A stretch of DNA of 64,000 bases, taken from positions 1 to 64,000 of the IMG/VR virus record IMGVR_UViG_2747842453_000003. One strand, 5' to 3'. Every line of letters starts with the position of its first letter. The stretch's first letter is position 1. This DNA comes from a virus. Lineage: Duplodnaviria > Caudoviricetes. The translations under genes and the position numbers were made by a program. Below the pieces are notes generated by a model. The model was not told the origin of the DNA, made no database searches, and was given only the letters and a program-made list of their open reading frames with translations. This document shows, in pieces, positions 20,845-30,299 of this stretch.

Positions 20845-21213
20845 TTAATAATTCAAATATATTTTATCAATATATCCAACTGTGCTTATGTCTGTTTGTC
20901 CTAAGGATGTTCTGTCTAGTATTGCACGTAAAAATACCAAATTTGCAGTGAAGGTGTATCCTTCAACTCCAGTAAATTCGTTATAATCTTTAAACGGTAA
21001 GCCATCAATTAATACATTGAACCAATCTTCGTCTGTAGGATTAGTTGCAAGTGTGCCTTGAATTTTTACTCTGCCTGTCAAGTCTTGGCCATAGATTGCT
21101 ATTGTATGAAGACCGTCAGTAAATCCATAGTAACTATCTCCCGGAACTGCTTCTCCAATAAGATCGAGATTTGTACCTGAATTAGGTAAAAGAGTTATTG
21201 TTTTGCGTGCCAT
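20845..21213 (-). CDS. Hypothetical (probable structural) protein
   Basis: 122-aa ORF with AGGA RBS, co-oriented with the structural cluster. Confidence 0.65.
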   Translation of the reverse strand: MARKTITLLPNSGTNLDLIGEAVPGDSYYGFTDGLHTIAIYGQDLTGRVKIQGTLATNPTDEDWFNVLIDGLPFKDYNEFTGVEGYTFTANLVFLRAILDRTSLGQTDISTVGYIDKIYLNY

Positions 21214-21221
21214 TTTTATTC

Positions 21222-21392
21222 CTATTCTTCTGCTGTGTCAACTTCAACAATAGCGGCAGATCCAATTAATTCCGCAACGACTTGTTCAATCGTCTGCGAA
21301 ACTTCATCGTTGATAAGATTTGCTTTATCTTCGCCGCTTTTGGAAAGTTGTGATACTCGAATTATTAGAATTTCTTCTTTTATATTCGCCAT
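21222..21392 (-). CDS. Small hypothetical protein (56 aa)
   Basis: Below track cutoff; MANIKEEILIIRVSQLSK...VEVDTAEE with GAGGA RBS and GATAAATA box at 21430-21437. Confidence 0.65.
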   Translation of the reverse strand: MANIKEEILIIRVSQLSKSGEDKANLINDEVSQTIEQVVAELIGSAAIVEVDTAEE

Positions 21393-21440
21393 AATTTATC
21401 CTCATAATTTGCTAATTAGTTATATAAACTATTTATCAAT

Positions 21441-22151
21441 TTAGAATATTTCATGCCGTAATAATGCTTTGGTAATTTTAATAATATTTTCACTTGCAAT
21501 AAATGCCATTAATTGCATATCAATGTGTTCTTTGCAATATATCACATAGGAATTATAGTTACTATGTCGAAATACATAGGATAAATTATATCCTGTAGAA
21601 GAATAGACAGTAGAAGAATAATTTGGATCTTTATTGAACTTTCTTAAATTATTATTCAAAAAATAATTATCATTATCAATGTATGATTCATTTAATAACG
21701 GTCCTAGTGTAACATGTAGATTATTATTGTATCTTAACTGAATTTTGTATCTGAATTTTTTATGATACAGTTTATTTTTTATTTCAACATTATCTTCATA
21801 TCGTTCAAACTGTTCTGCCAAATTATCAATGAAAGGAACATGATGCTCTTTTTGTAAATCGGGATACCGATTTGTGGCACGTTCAAATACTTTCTTGTCC
21901 TCAAAATATACATGTGTCATTGAACTATTTGTAAACTTTGTCCCTGGTTGACTTCTAAGAAATCGTATACAATTTGCCCTAGAAACTTGATCCTCTACAT
22001 TTGTGGGATAATCAAACCACCAACCATATCCAGTTCTATTTTTATATGATTCAATAATTTCCTTAGATGGAAATCCATATAGGCGTTTATATGCTATTTT
22101 ATAAGGATATTTTTTGTAAAATAATTTTGTAGACTCAAAAGTTCTAATCAT
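21441..22151 (-). CDS. Hypothetical protein
   Basis: 236-aa ORF overlapping the clpA stop; two KL(F/Y)xKK(Y/F)xYKI motifs. Confidence 0.65.
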   Translation of the reverse strand: MIRTFESTKLFYKKYPYKIAYKRLYGFPSKEIIESYKNRTGYGWWFDYPTNVEDQVSRANCIRFLRSQPGTKFTNSSMTHVYFEDKKVFERATNRYPDLQKEHHVPFIDNLAEQFERYEDNVEIKNKLYHKKFRYKIQLRYNNNLHVTLGPLLNESYIDNDNYFLNNNLRKFNKDPNYSSTVYSSTGYNLSYVFRHSNYNSYVIYCKEHIDMQLMAFIASENIIKITKALLRHEIF

Positions 22152-24387
22152 AATTAAACACTATTTCATCTTCATGAACTTTAACAACTACTTTGCCTCC
22201 ATTCATTAGTTTTCCAAAAAGAATTTCTTTGGATAATGGCTTTTTAATATTGTCATTAATAACTCGTTGAAGAGGTCTTGCTCCCATATCTGGTATGTAG
22301 CCACGTTCACGCAACCATGCCTTGGCGCCAAGAGTCAATTCAATTACTACACGTTTGTCTGTTAACATCACATTTAATTCTTTAATTGATTTATCAACAA
22401 TCATATCAATATGTTCACGCTGCAATGAAACAAATTCAACCATCGCATCTAATCTATTTCTGAATTCAGGTGAAAAGAACTTTTTTACAGCCTGTAGTGA
22501 TGCATCGTCATTATCATTACTAAACCCAATTGCCAACTTAGATTTCTGTGATGCACCTAGATTACTAGTCATAATTAGAATAGCATTACTGAAATCAGCA
22601 ACTTTGCCGGTTGAACTTGTTAGTCTACCATCATCCATGACTTGTAAAAGTAAGTTCATAACACTAGGATGTGCTTTCTCAACTTCGTCTAGCAGAATAA
22701 TACAATTTGGTGTTTCTTCTACATCATTGATCAATTTGCCAGACCCAGCACCACCTTCTGCATGTCCAACATATCCGGGAGGTGCACCTATTAGTTTCGA
22801 TACACTGTGTTGTTCCATGTATTCACTCATATCATATTTTCGAAGTGTTACATCTAAATTACTTGCGAGTTGGCGACATAGTTCTGTTTTTCCTGTGCCG
22901 GTAGGACCTACAAATAAGAAACTACCAATTGGTTTATTTGTTGGTCGCATTCCTGATTTAGCAACTAGAATAGATTCTACTAATGTGCTTACTGCTTTAT
23001 TTTGACCAAATAAATTTGTTCTTATATTTGATTCCAGATTTGCATAATTCGTATTTTCTTTTGCATCAATCATGTCTAATGGTATGCGTGTAATCTTTGA
23101 TACTGCATGTTCAATTGCACTGTTGTCAATGATACCTGAAATATTATTTAATTTTTGCCTTGCACCCGCAACATCAATAATATCAATTGCACGATCTGGA
23201 TTAAATTTGCCATGCATATAACGTTCTGCCAAGTCTACAGCATAATCAAGTGCATTATCATCATATGGATTACCATGAAATTCTTCGTAGTACTTTTTAA
23301 GACCTTTAACAATAAGTTTAGTATCTTCTTTGCTGGGCTGCTCAACTAATACTTTTTGAAAGCGGCGCTGTAATGCTCTATCTTTTTCAAAGTTTTCACG
23401 ATATTCTTCGCTTGTTGTCGCACCTATACATAGCAACTTACCACCTGCCAATAGTGGCTTCAATAAATTAGCGATATCAATATTTGATCCACCTGCTGAT
23501 CCTGCACCCATAATCATATGAATCTCATCCATAAAAAGAATTATATTATCTTTTTCTGAGAGTTGTTCAAAAACTATTTTAGCACGTTCTTCAAATTCGC
23601 CACGGTATTTAGTTCCTGCTACCATACCTGTAATATCAAGTGAGTACACTATTTTGTTTTTTAGAATGTCTGGACAGTTATCATTTACAATATTTAATGC
23701 AATACCTTCTGCTATTGCAGTTTTACCTACTCCCGGCTCACCTACAATAATGACATTATTTTTCTTTCTTCTCGCCAACACTTCAGTAATTTCAATGATT
23801 TCTTCACTTCTACCAATTACAGGATCAATTTTTCCGTCTGCTGCTGCTTTATTCAAATTTTCACAAAAATCTTCAAATTTAATTTGCCCTTGCCCTTGTG
23901 GTCCTGCCATGCCTGCTGGTCCACGTTGCGTTCTAGCCTGAAAGATTTCATAAAAATCTTTTTCAATAATACTAATGACTTTATCACGTGATGCACCATT
24001 TTTCTTTAAAATATAATAAGCATGGGATGATGGTTCACTTAATAATGAGACAATTAAATCTTTACAGAACATTTCTTTTCTGCCAGTAAAAATAACTTGT
24101 GCAACTGCACGATTAAAAACACGATCTATTGCTAAAGTATGTCTTGGACCAGTGGGCTCCATTATCTCCACTGTGAGATCATCCCGTTGTGCCAAGTTTT
24201 CTTCAAGTTCTCTAATAATATTAATAATATCACACTTCATTTTTTCTAATAATGCTAGAACATCTTTTTCCTCTATAAGAGTATAAAGTAAATGTTCTAA
24301 TGTCACATATTCATGTGACAATGATGCCGCCTTAATAATCGATTGATCTAAGACCCAATTAACTCTATTACTATAATTACTACTCAT
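22144..24387 (-). CDS. clpA: ATP-dependent Clp protease ATP-binding subunit ClpA
   Basis: Clp N-domain (HEYVTLEHLL), two AAA+ modules (GEPGVGKT/DEIH; GPTGTGKT/DEVEKAH), KYRGEFEER pore loop, GAPPGYVG, IGF ClpP-docking loop, no ClpB M-domain. Confidence 0.92.
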   Translation of the reverse strand: MSSNYSNRVNWVLDQSIIKAASLSHEYVTLEHLLYTLIEEKDVLALLEKMKCDIINIIRELEENLAQRDDLTVEIMEPTGPRHTLAIDRVFNRAVAQVIFTGRKEMFCKDLIVSLLSEPSSHAYYILKKNGASRDKVISIIEKDFYEIFQARTQRGPAGMAGPQGQGQIKFEDFCENLNKAAADGKIDPVIGRSEEIIEITEVLARRKKNNVIIVGEPGVGKTAIAEGIALNIVNDNCPDILKNKIVYSLDITGMVAGTKYRGEFEERAKIVFEQLSEKDNIILFMDEIHMIMGAGSAGGSNIDIANLLKPLLAGGKLLCIGATTSEEYRENFEKDRALQRRFQKVLVEQPSKEDTKLIVKGLKKYYEEFHGNPYDDNALDYAVDLAERYMHGKFNPDRAIDIIDVAGARQKLNNISGIIDNSAIEHAVSKITRIPLDMIDAKENTNYANLESNIRTNLFGQNKAVSTLVESILVAKSGMRPTNKPIGSFLFVGPTGTGKTELCRQLASNLDVTLRKYDMSEYMEQHSVSKLIGAPPGYVGHAEGGAGSGKLINDVEETPNCIILLDEVEKAHPSVMNLLLQVMDDGRLTSSTGKVADFSNAILIMTSNLGASQKSKLAIGFSNDNDDASLQAVKKFFSPEFRNRLDAMVEFVSLQREHIDMIVDKSIKELNVMLTDKRVVIELTLGAKAWLRERGYIPDMGARPLQRVINDNIKKPLSKEILFGKLMNGGKVVVKVHEDEIVFNYD

Positions 24388-24757
24388 TGTATTCCTTAAA
24401 TGTTATTTTTAGTATCGTATCTGGTAATATATTTTTAACAACCAATGTATCGCCAAACTTTGTATCTTTTGGAACAAAAACATCAAAAACTATTAGATTA
24501 TCATACATAAATGCAGATGTTTCTCCCTGACAATATCGCATTTCTAATTGATCTAGTTTGACTGTTAAGTTTATTATAATGATTTTGTTTTTTACATAAT
24601 TATTTTTTACCTGTATATATGCAAGTCTGACTGCATTAAATTCGTCATTTGATCCGCCATGATCTGGATGAGATTTCAATAAACATCTTTTGTATGCTTG
24701 TCGTATTGCTTCTTCACTGGAGTATTTATTTATTCCTAATATACTATATGCTTCCAT
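24380..24757 (-). CDS. J-domain (DnaJ-like) protein
   Basis: YSILG...IRQAYKR...HPDHGG J-domain signature. Confidence 0.85.
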   Translation of the reverse strand: MEAYSILGINKYSSEEAIRQAYKRCLLKSHPDHGGSNDEFNAVRLAYIQVKNNYVKNKIIIINLTVKLDQLEMRYCQGETSAFMYDNLIVFDVFVPKDTKFGDTLVVKNILPDTILKITFKEYNE

Positions 24758-24763
24758 TTATTA

Positions 24764-25135
24764 CTACTGTATACTATCGGTGATATCGTTTTCATTACCA
24801 TTTGAATAATAATCTTCATATGCAACGATGATTGCATTTTGTTCGCTTAGTTTTTTAAGAATTTTTGCCATGTCTAATGCAAGTGCTTCATACCCAGAAT
24901 TAGTTAATGCATATACAACAACTGGTTTTCCACTTGCTTTTATTTTATCAAATTCTTCTGTGGCATTATCAGGTGTAATAATTATCCAATCGATCTTAGA
25001 TAATCTTAGTTCCTCAGATACTGGCAATATTAGTTCTGGTCTGTCAATAGGCTGTGGTGTATATTCTAGTTCTCTTGGTGTTCTACTACATGCACTAAGG
25101 CTTATAGTTAGGGTTAGCAATATCAGAACATTCAT
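24764..25135 (-). CDS. Outer-membrane spanin (o-spanin, Rz1-like lipoprotein)
   Basis: Likely start MNVLILLTLTISLSAC (lipobox), Pro-rich segment; overlaps the 3' end of the upstream TM/coiled-coil gene. Confidence 0.7.
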   Translation of the reverse strand: MNVLILLTLTISLSACSRTPRELEYTPQPIDRPELILPVSEELRLSKIDWIIITPDNATEEFDKIKASGKPVVVYALTNSGYEALALDMAKILKKLSEQNAIIVAYEDYYSNGNENDITDSIQ

Positions 25136-25559
25136 TGTTGATTTGTGAAGGTTTCGTAGCATTGATTTCATCCTTTGTTAGTGGTGATCCACCCACTATC
25201 TCTAAACATCTTAACATATTATCACTTGCTTTGTCAATGATTTTTTGAACATCTTTGGGTCTACTGGCTGCTAGAAAATCTAACTCATGTCTTGCTAATT
25301 TATTTTCTAATTTGCGAACACGACTGTCGGCTGCTTTGAATTTTGAGTTTGCTTTATCAAATTCTATTCTAACACGTTTTAAATCTTCTTGTGTTTTATT
25401 CAAGGCTGCCTGAGTTGCCTTTTGTGCCATTTCAGATTTGGCAGCATTCTCTGCATATATTCTTATCTGGTTTTGTGTGTAAGTGTAGTACTGCCATAGC
25501 GCAAAGCCTGCTGCAGCAAGTACCGCAGCAATAATTAAATATTTTTTTATTGTGAACAT
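25095..25559 (-). CDS. Inner-membrane spanin (i-spanin, Rz-like)
   Basis: N-terminal TM helix, long coiled coil, C-terminal cysteines; paired with the lipoprotein gene. Confidence 0.7.
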   Translation of the reverse strand: MFTIKKYLIIAAVLAAAGFALWQYYTYTQNQIRIYAENAAKSEMAQKATQAALNKTQEDLKRVRIEFDKANSKFKAADSRVRKLENKLARHELDFLAASRPKDVQKIIDKASDNMLRCLEIVGGSPLTKDEINATKPSQINNECSDIANPNYKP

Positions 25560-25564
25560 CTAAA

Positions 25565-25978
25565 TCACTCTTTGTTGTTTTTAAGCCAATTATTAATATC
25601 ATCGTTGGATACAGTTATCGATTTACCGTTAAAGAAATCAATTGTCCAATCGTTAATATCAATCAATCTACTTACATCTTCTAAAATTGCGAATACTTTA
25701 TGCATTAGATTTTCATTTTTAATTTCAACAAAAACTAGATAGTATCCATTGTCGTCTGCAACTGGCGAAACTTCGGTGTCCAGAATATCAACTATACTTC
25801 TTTCTAAAAAACGTGCTAAATCGTCTGCCGGTCTTTCATCTTTTGTATAAAATGAAACAACAGTAACCTCATTTACAGATGCCACTTTAGGTTCAAAATC
25901 TGCAACAGAAATTGTTGGTTTAACCAATGACTGTAATTCATTATATTTTACACCCTCATTTAATTGTTTAAATTTCAT
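25565..25978 (-). CDS. Hypothetical phage protein
   Basis: 137-aa ORF coupled by an ATGA overlap to the upstream gene. Confidence 0.65.
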   Translation of the reverse strand: MKFKQLNEGVKYNELQSLVKPTISVADFEPKVASVNEVTVVSFYTKDERPADDLARFLERSIVDILDTEVSPVADDNGYYLVFVEIKNENLMHKVFAILEDVSRLIDINDWTIDFFNGKSITVSNDDINNWLKNNKE

Positions 25979-26493
25979 GAGTCGATCTCCTGACTATTAA
26001 TATTTGTATCATCATCTAGTCCTGAAGCATATGCATCTTGAAGGTCTGACATATCAACCTCACCGTTATCAGTTTTTACTTTTTCATCACTAAAATCATC
26101 AATATATTTTCGTGGCATAAAAATATCTATCAACCATACTACTTCATTTTTTAGTTTAGGATTGCCATCACTATCTATATCATCTGGTGATTCTGGTATA
26201 ACCGGTGTTTTTAATATACCTTTTTCAAATTTGATTTCACAATCTATTTTTTCTAGTCGTAAGCCGCCCTTAGGATCAGGCATACCTTTATATGGATACA
26301 TTAATTTCACATGAAGCCAATAGCGTGACAAATCTGGACCTTCGATAATCTCACCTAGATCCCAATTTTTATATGCATACATGCCAGTATCTTCTAGAAT
26401 TTTTTCAAATTCCATTAATATATCTAGTAAGGTTTTATTCTTATTGATATCACGTAGATTATCAAGTATATCATCTTTCATTATGTCAGACAT
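25975..26493 (-). CDS. Hypothetical phage protein
   Basis: 172-aa ORF with GGAG RBS and GATAAATA box at 26518-26525. Confidence 0.7.
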   Translation of the reverse strand: MSDIMKDDILDNLRDINKNKTLLDILMEFEKILEDTGMYAYKNWDLGEIIEGPDLSRYWLHVKLMYPYKGMPDPKGGLRLEKIDCEIKFEKGILKTPVIPESPDDIDSDGNPKLKNEVVWLIDIFMPRKYIDDFSDEKVKTDNGEVDMSDLQDAYASGLDDDTNINSQEIDS

Positions 26494-26654
26494 TAGTTAA
26501 ACTCCATTTGTTAATAGTATTTATCACATAAAAACTTTTTTGTCAATATGTAATAATATCATACAATTAGATAATTTAATTGATAAGTATTGTTATGGGA
26601 GCAATAAAATTATCTCATACTTTGAAATAACCTTTCACAAGGAGGAATCCAAAT

Positions 26655-27410
26655 ATGGCACGAAAGAAGCGTGTTGAAAGTAAACCAACTAAAACTAACC
26701 GTGAAACTTATCATCCAGATAGCCAGCGTAGCGGTATCATACCATTAAGAAAAAAATCAATCCCCACAATTTTACCACGTAATATAGCACAAGAAGATTA
26801 TCTATATCAACTGGCAGATCCAAAAAATAATATATGTTTTGCGATTGGACCAGCAGGTACAGGTAAAACTTTATTGTGTACACTTATGGGCGTAAAAGCG
26901 TTTATGGAAAGAGAGGTAAAAAAGATTATTATTACTCGTCCTGCTGTATCAGTAGACGAACAACATGGTTTCTTGCCAGGTGATCTAAATGAAAAAATGG
27001 CACCATGGACAAGACCAATTTTTGATATATTCGAAAAGCATTTTTCGGTGGCTGAAATTGAATCAATGTTAGCAGAGAACATTATAGAAATCGCACCACT
27101 TGCATATATGCGTGGCCGAACGTTTGAGGACGCTTGGATCATTGCAGATGAAATGCAGAACGCTACAAAGTCACAAATGAAAATGCTATTAACTAGAATT
27201 GGTAATAATACTAAAATGATTGTTACTGGTGACTTAAAACAACATGACAGAGGTTTTTCAGAGAACGGCCTTTCAGATTTTATGGAACTTACTAGACGTT
27301 ATGAACTTGCAAATATGAATCATATTGCTATCTCACGTTTTGATATGATGGATGTAGAAAGACATCCAGCAGTTGTGGAAGTTCTTAAAATTTACGGAGA
27401 AGACGAATAA
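26655..27410 (+). CDS. phoH: PhoH-family ATPase
   Basis: GPAGTGKT, TRPAV, GFLPGDL.EK, APLAYMRGRTF, DEMQN, GDLKQHD, RHP motifs; AGGAGG RBS. Confidence 0.93.
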   Translation: MARKKRVESKPTKTNRETYHPDSQRSGIIPLRKKSIPTILPRNIAQEDYLYQLADPKNNICFAIGPAGTGKTLLCTLMGVKAFMEREVKKIIITRPAVSVDEQHGFLPGDLNEKMAPWTRPIFDIFEKHFSVAEIESMLAENIIEIAPLAYMRGRTFEDAWIIADEMQNATKSQMKMLLTRIGNNTKMIVTGDLKQHDRGFSENGLSDFMELTRRYELANMNHIAISRFDMMDVERHPAVVEVLKIYGEDE

Positions 27411-27437
27411 AAAAAGGGGAGCGCAATGCTCCCCTTT
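27409..27437. terminator. Bidirectional Rho-independent terminator between convergent phoH and HAD genes
   Basis: AAAAAAAGGGGAGC-GCAAT-GCTCCCCTTT. Confidence 0.85.
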
Positions 27438-27468
27438 ACATTTGAATTAGTTAGAAAGAGAGAAACAT

Positions 27469-28056
27469 CTAACCCAGAACAGTGTGCACAATTGCATTCC
27501 AATCTTCGCACCGAATGATTTCTTTGTTATCACAATCTTCATTGTGTGGATGTGAAATCAACACGCTTTTCAAACCAAACTGTAAACCACATTCAGCATT
27601 TTCAGTTTTATCTTCTAACCAATATTCAGCAGTTGGATACTTTGCTGTAAATTCAGCAAGAGCATCATCTTTGTCTGCGCCTGTATCAAGGCAAATAACT
27701 TCTTTGCATACATCCATACCAAATACATTCTTTAAGTTGGAGATACGAAGTAGCCGTGCTTTTTCATCAAGTGAAAGAGAAGTGATAACAACAAACTGGT
27801 AGCCAGCTTCAACTAACCGAGCAACCCCACTCCGAGCATCACGAAATGCTGGAAGGAATCCCATCCACGCACTTTCATTGAATTCTTTTACTAAACGCTT
27901 ACCATCAGCCTTTTCAATGCCGTATGTAATGCTCATGTCATATACGTTTTCTACTTTTTTCGAATAACCTTTCTGAATCATCCACTCGGAGAACATACCC
28001 TCCCAGTTAAGCATAACACCATCACAGTCAGTAAAGATAATTTTTTCGTTTGTCAT
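27469..28056 (-). CDS. HAD-superfamily hydrolase (5'-nucleotidase-like)
   Basis: Motif I DCDGV, motif II ITS, motif IV WLEDK..N. Confidence 0.8.
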   Translation of the reverse strand: MTNEKIIFTDCDGVMLNWEGMFSEWMIQKGYSKKVENVYDMSITYGIEKADGKRLVKEFNESAWMGFLPAFRDARSGVARLVEAGYQFVVITSLSLDEKARLLRISNLKNVFGMDVCKEVICLDTGADKDDALAEFTAKYPTAEYWLEDKTENAECGLQFGLKSVLISHPHNEDCDNKEIIRCEDWNAIVHTVLG

Positions 28057-28084
28057 ATTGATACTTTCTTCTTATTACTCTTAC

Positions 28085-28113
28085 TTTATATAGTGATTCG
28101 TTCAGAATGTCAA
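28085..28113 (-). promoter_or_regulatory. Early sigma70 promoter with GANTC motif in the spacer
   Basis: TTGACA-17-TATAAA; TGATTCG (+ strand) at 28094-28100. Confidence 0.8.
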
Positions 28114-28136
28114 CCTTTATTTTACGTAGTTTTGCA

Positions 28137-29963
28137 TCAAGCCGCTATAACCGCTGCAAACTTTTTCTGTGTGCGTAGTTCTGCATCAAGGCGATGATGC
28201 ATAGGCTTGCATACTGTAATCAGTTTATCTGCATCATTCATAGTAGCACTGTCTTCTCGACCTTCAATGTGATGCACATCTAAACTAGCAAAGTATTCGT
28301 CTTCAGTCCATTCTCCATACACTACAGGAATCTTACAAGTAGGCACTGTTTGGCCTAGTATCTCACGCTTGGCACAGTGTTCGCACTCTGGGTGACTATG
28401 CTTGTAGTTTTTGTAGTTTTGCGAGCCAGCTTGTGCGTGTGCTGTCTTAGCAGTAACGCCGTAGACTTTTACACGCTTCTTCTGTTCTGCAATACACTCG
28501 TAGATCAGCCTAGACTTGTAATCTGCCCACTCTTGCGGATTGTAAGTATGACGCTGAAAGAACGCTAGAATGCCATATAGATTGTTTTCTGAAAAAGACA
28601 TATGTACTTCATACTCAAATACTGTACTAATCCATTTGTACATTACTTCGCGAGGCACACCCTGTGCGATGCGGTTTTCTGCATACGCAATAGCATCTTT
28701 CCAGTTCTTAATTCCGTCTACATCTGGCCAACGAATCATTCTTCCAAGCAACTGTTCTACACTATGTGTGACTGCATTATCTTGTACACTATTACGCTCA
28801 TGGAAACTAACCATACTGTTAAGATTGGGAATGTTAACTGCTTCTCCAATTAGCTTGTTAGCAACCATTACATTAGTAGAATTAGATTTATTGTTTACAT
28901 GATTGATCATGTCTTGACTTCTAATGTAGTGCGGAAAGTTACGCAAATAATCGTTGCGATTATATCCAAACACTTTCTTGTCTGCACCTGTATTAATCGA
29001 AGTATTTTCAGCAAGGCTGCGATACAGATTTCTTGCATGCCACTGATTATTTGCCTGCACTGCTCTAGCTGGCTTGGCAACAGGAAGTTTATATTCTTGT
29101 GTAACTTTTTCTAACCAAGCATCTTCATCGGACCACTTGTTGTTTAGTTTATCTAACGCACCATCCATATGTACAAGCGTATATCTAATATACTCAGAAA
29201 TACGCTTGTATATTGGAAATGGGTCTTCATATGGATCAACATGGTGGCGAAATTCTTCCACGAGCATCTCGGGACTAAAACCCGGAAAATATGGCGAATA
29301 AACTGTTACATTCTTAACTGCGGCTTGCTCTGCGCACAACACATCCTTATCAAAGTATTCGCTGATGTGTGCAAACTCGTTGCCGCTAAATGTTGTACGC
29401 AAAGGAGTAGCACTAAGCAAGAACCATGCCACATGTGGAATCGCATACAAACACTGATGCCACTCTGCTGTGTATTCGCTGATTGAGTAACCAAACGCTT
29501 CAAATGTATCTTCTGCATTCGAACACATAAAGCCTTTGTGAGCTTCGTCGCTGAACAAAACTAGTTTGCGCTTTTTAGCCCATTTACTAATTGCAAAATT
29601 CTGCTGACTAAGGAATGTAGGATGGCACAATATAATAACACGTTTGTCTGTAACAGGTGCTACGAAATGTTCTGCGCCAGCAAATCCTGTTTCTATTATA
29701 ATATATGCATCAGGATACCGTACAACCATTTCGTCCTTTACTTCCTCAAGGCTTGCGCCGTTGGGACTAGTAAGGATTACATCGCACCCGTTGTCTAAAC
29801 AATACTGTACACAAAAGTTAGTTACAGTGAAAGTTTTGCCTGCACTTGTGCTTAGTGCTAGTACACTGTACTTCGGATTTCTTTTAGATGTTTGGAGGTT
29901 TTGGTTAATCACATCAACAATAGGATTATAGATATGGTCTGTCTGATATTCTCGTAGTTGCAT
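28137..29963 (-). CDS. SF2 (DEAH) helicase/ResIII-like ATPase fused to a C-terminal HNH-like nuclease domain
   Basis: LREYQ Q-motif, TSAGKT, DEAH, SATP, QLLGRMIR; C-terminus CEHC...C...LDVHHIEG...LITVCKPMH. Confidence 0.7.
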   Translation of the reverse strand: MQLREYQTDHIYNPIVDVINQNLQTSKRNPKYSVLALSTSAGKTFTVTNFCVQYCLDNGCDVILTSPNGASLEEVKDEMVVRYPDAYIIIETGFAGAEHFVAPVTDKRVIILCHPTFLSQQNFAISKWAKKRKLVLFSDEAHKGFMCSNAEDTFEAFGYSISEYTAEWHQCLYAIPHVAWFLLSATPLRTTFSGNEFAHISEYFDKDVLCAEQAAVKNVTVYSPYFPGFSPEMLVEEFRHHVDPYEDPFPIYKRISEYIRYTLVHMDGALDKLNNKWSDEDAWLEKVTQEYKLPVAKPARAVQANNQWHARNLYRSLAENTSINTGADKKVFGYNRNDYLRNFPHYIRSQDMINHVNNKSNSTNVMVANKLIGEAVNIPNLNSMVSFHERNSVQDNAVTHSVEQLLGRMIRWPDVDGIKNWKDAIAYAENRIAQGVPREVMYKWISTVFEYEVHMSFSENNLYGILAFFQRHTYNPQEWADYKSRLIYECIAEQKKRVKVYGVTAKTAHAQAGSQNYKNYKHSHPECEHCAKREILGQTVPTCKIPVVYGEWTEDEYFASLDVHHIEGREDSATMNDADKLITVCKPMHHRLDAELRTQKKFAAVIAA

Positions 29964-30204
29964 TGTATGCTCCTTTGTTTCAATCTATACTTACTTTATG
30001 ATTATTACCGTAAATTTACACGGACGCATCTTTATACCATCAGCCCACCAACTAGTAACTTGTTGTAGTTCGGTCATCAACACTAACACACTCCGCTGTG
30101 CGACAATACTCTGCATCGACATTTTTTTGTATGAGAACAACCTCACTTCATTCATATGGGATCTTGTAACCCATACTAGCAAGTAGTAACTCTTGCGTGG
30201 CTCT

Positions 30205-30292
30205 TGGCAGACAGTGTGGGATTCGAACCCACGGAACCTCTCGGTTCGCCGGATTAGTAATCCGGTGCCTTCGACCACTCGGCCAACTGTCC
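30205..30292 (-). tRNA. tRNA-Ser(ACT)
   Basis: GGACAGT acceptor, G73, CCA, long variable arm; anticodon arm CCGGA-TTACTAA-TCCGG. Confidence 0.85.
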
Positions 30293-30299
30293 ACATTAT

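Noticed and set aside
30249-30265. Amber suppressor reading (CTA) of the tRNA-Ser loop, or stop-codon recoding
   Set aside because: The symmetric 7-nt loop centres on ACT; genes are intact under code 11, and TAG and TGA both terminate credible genes.
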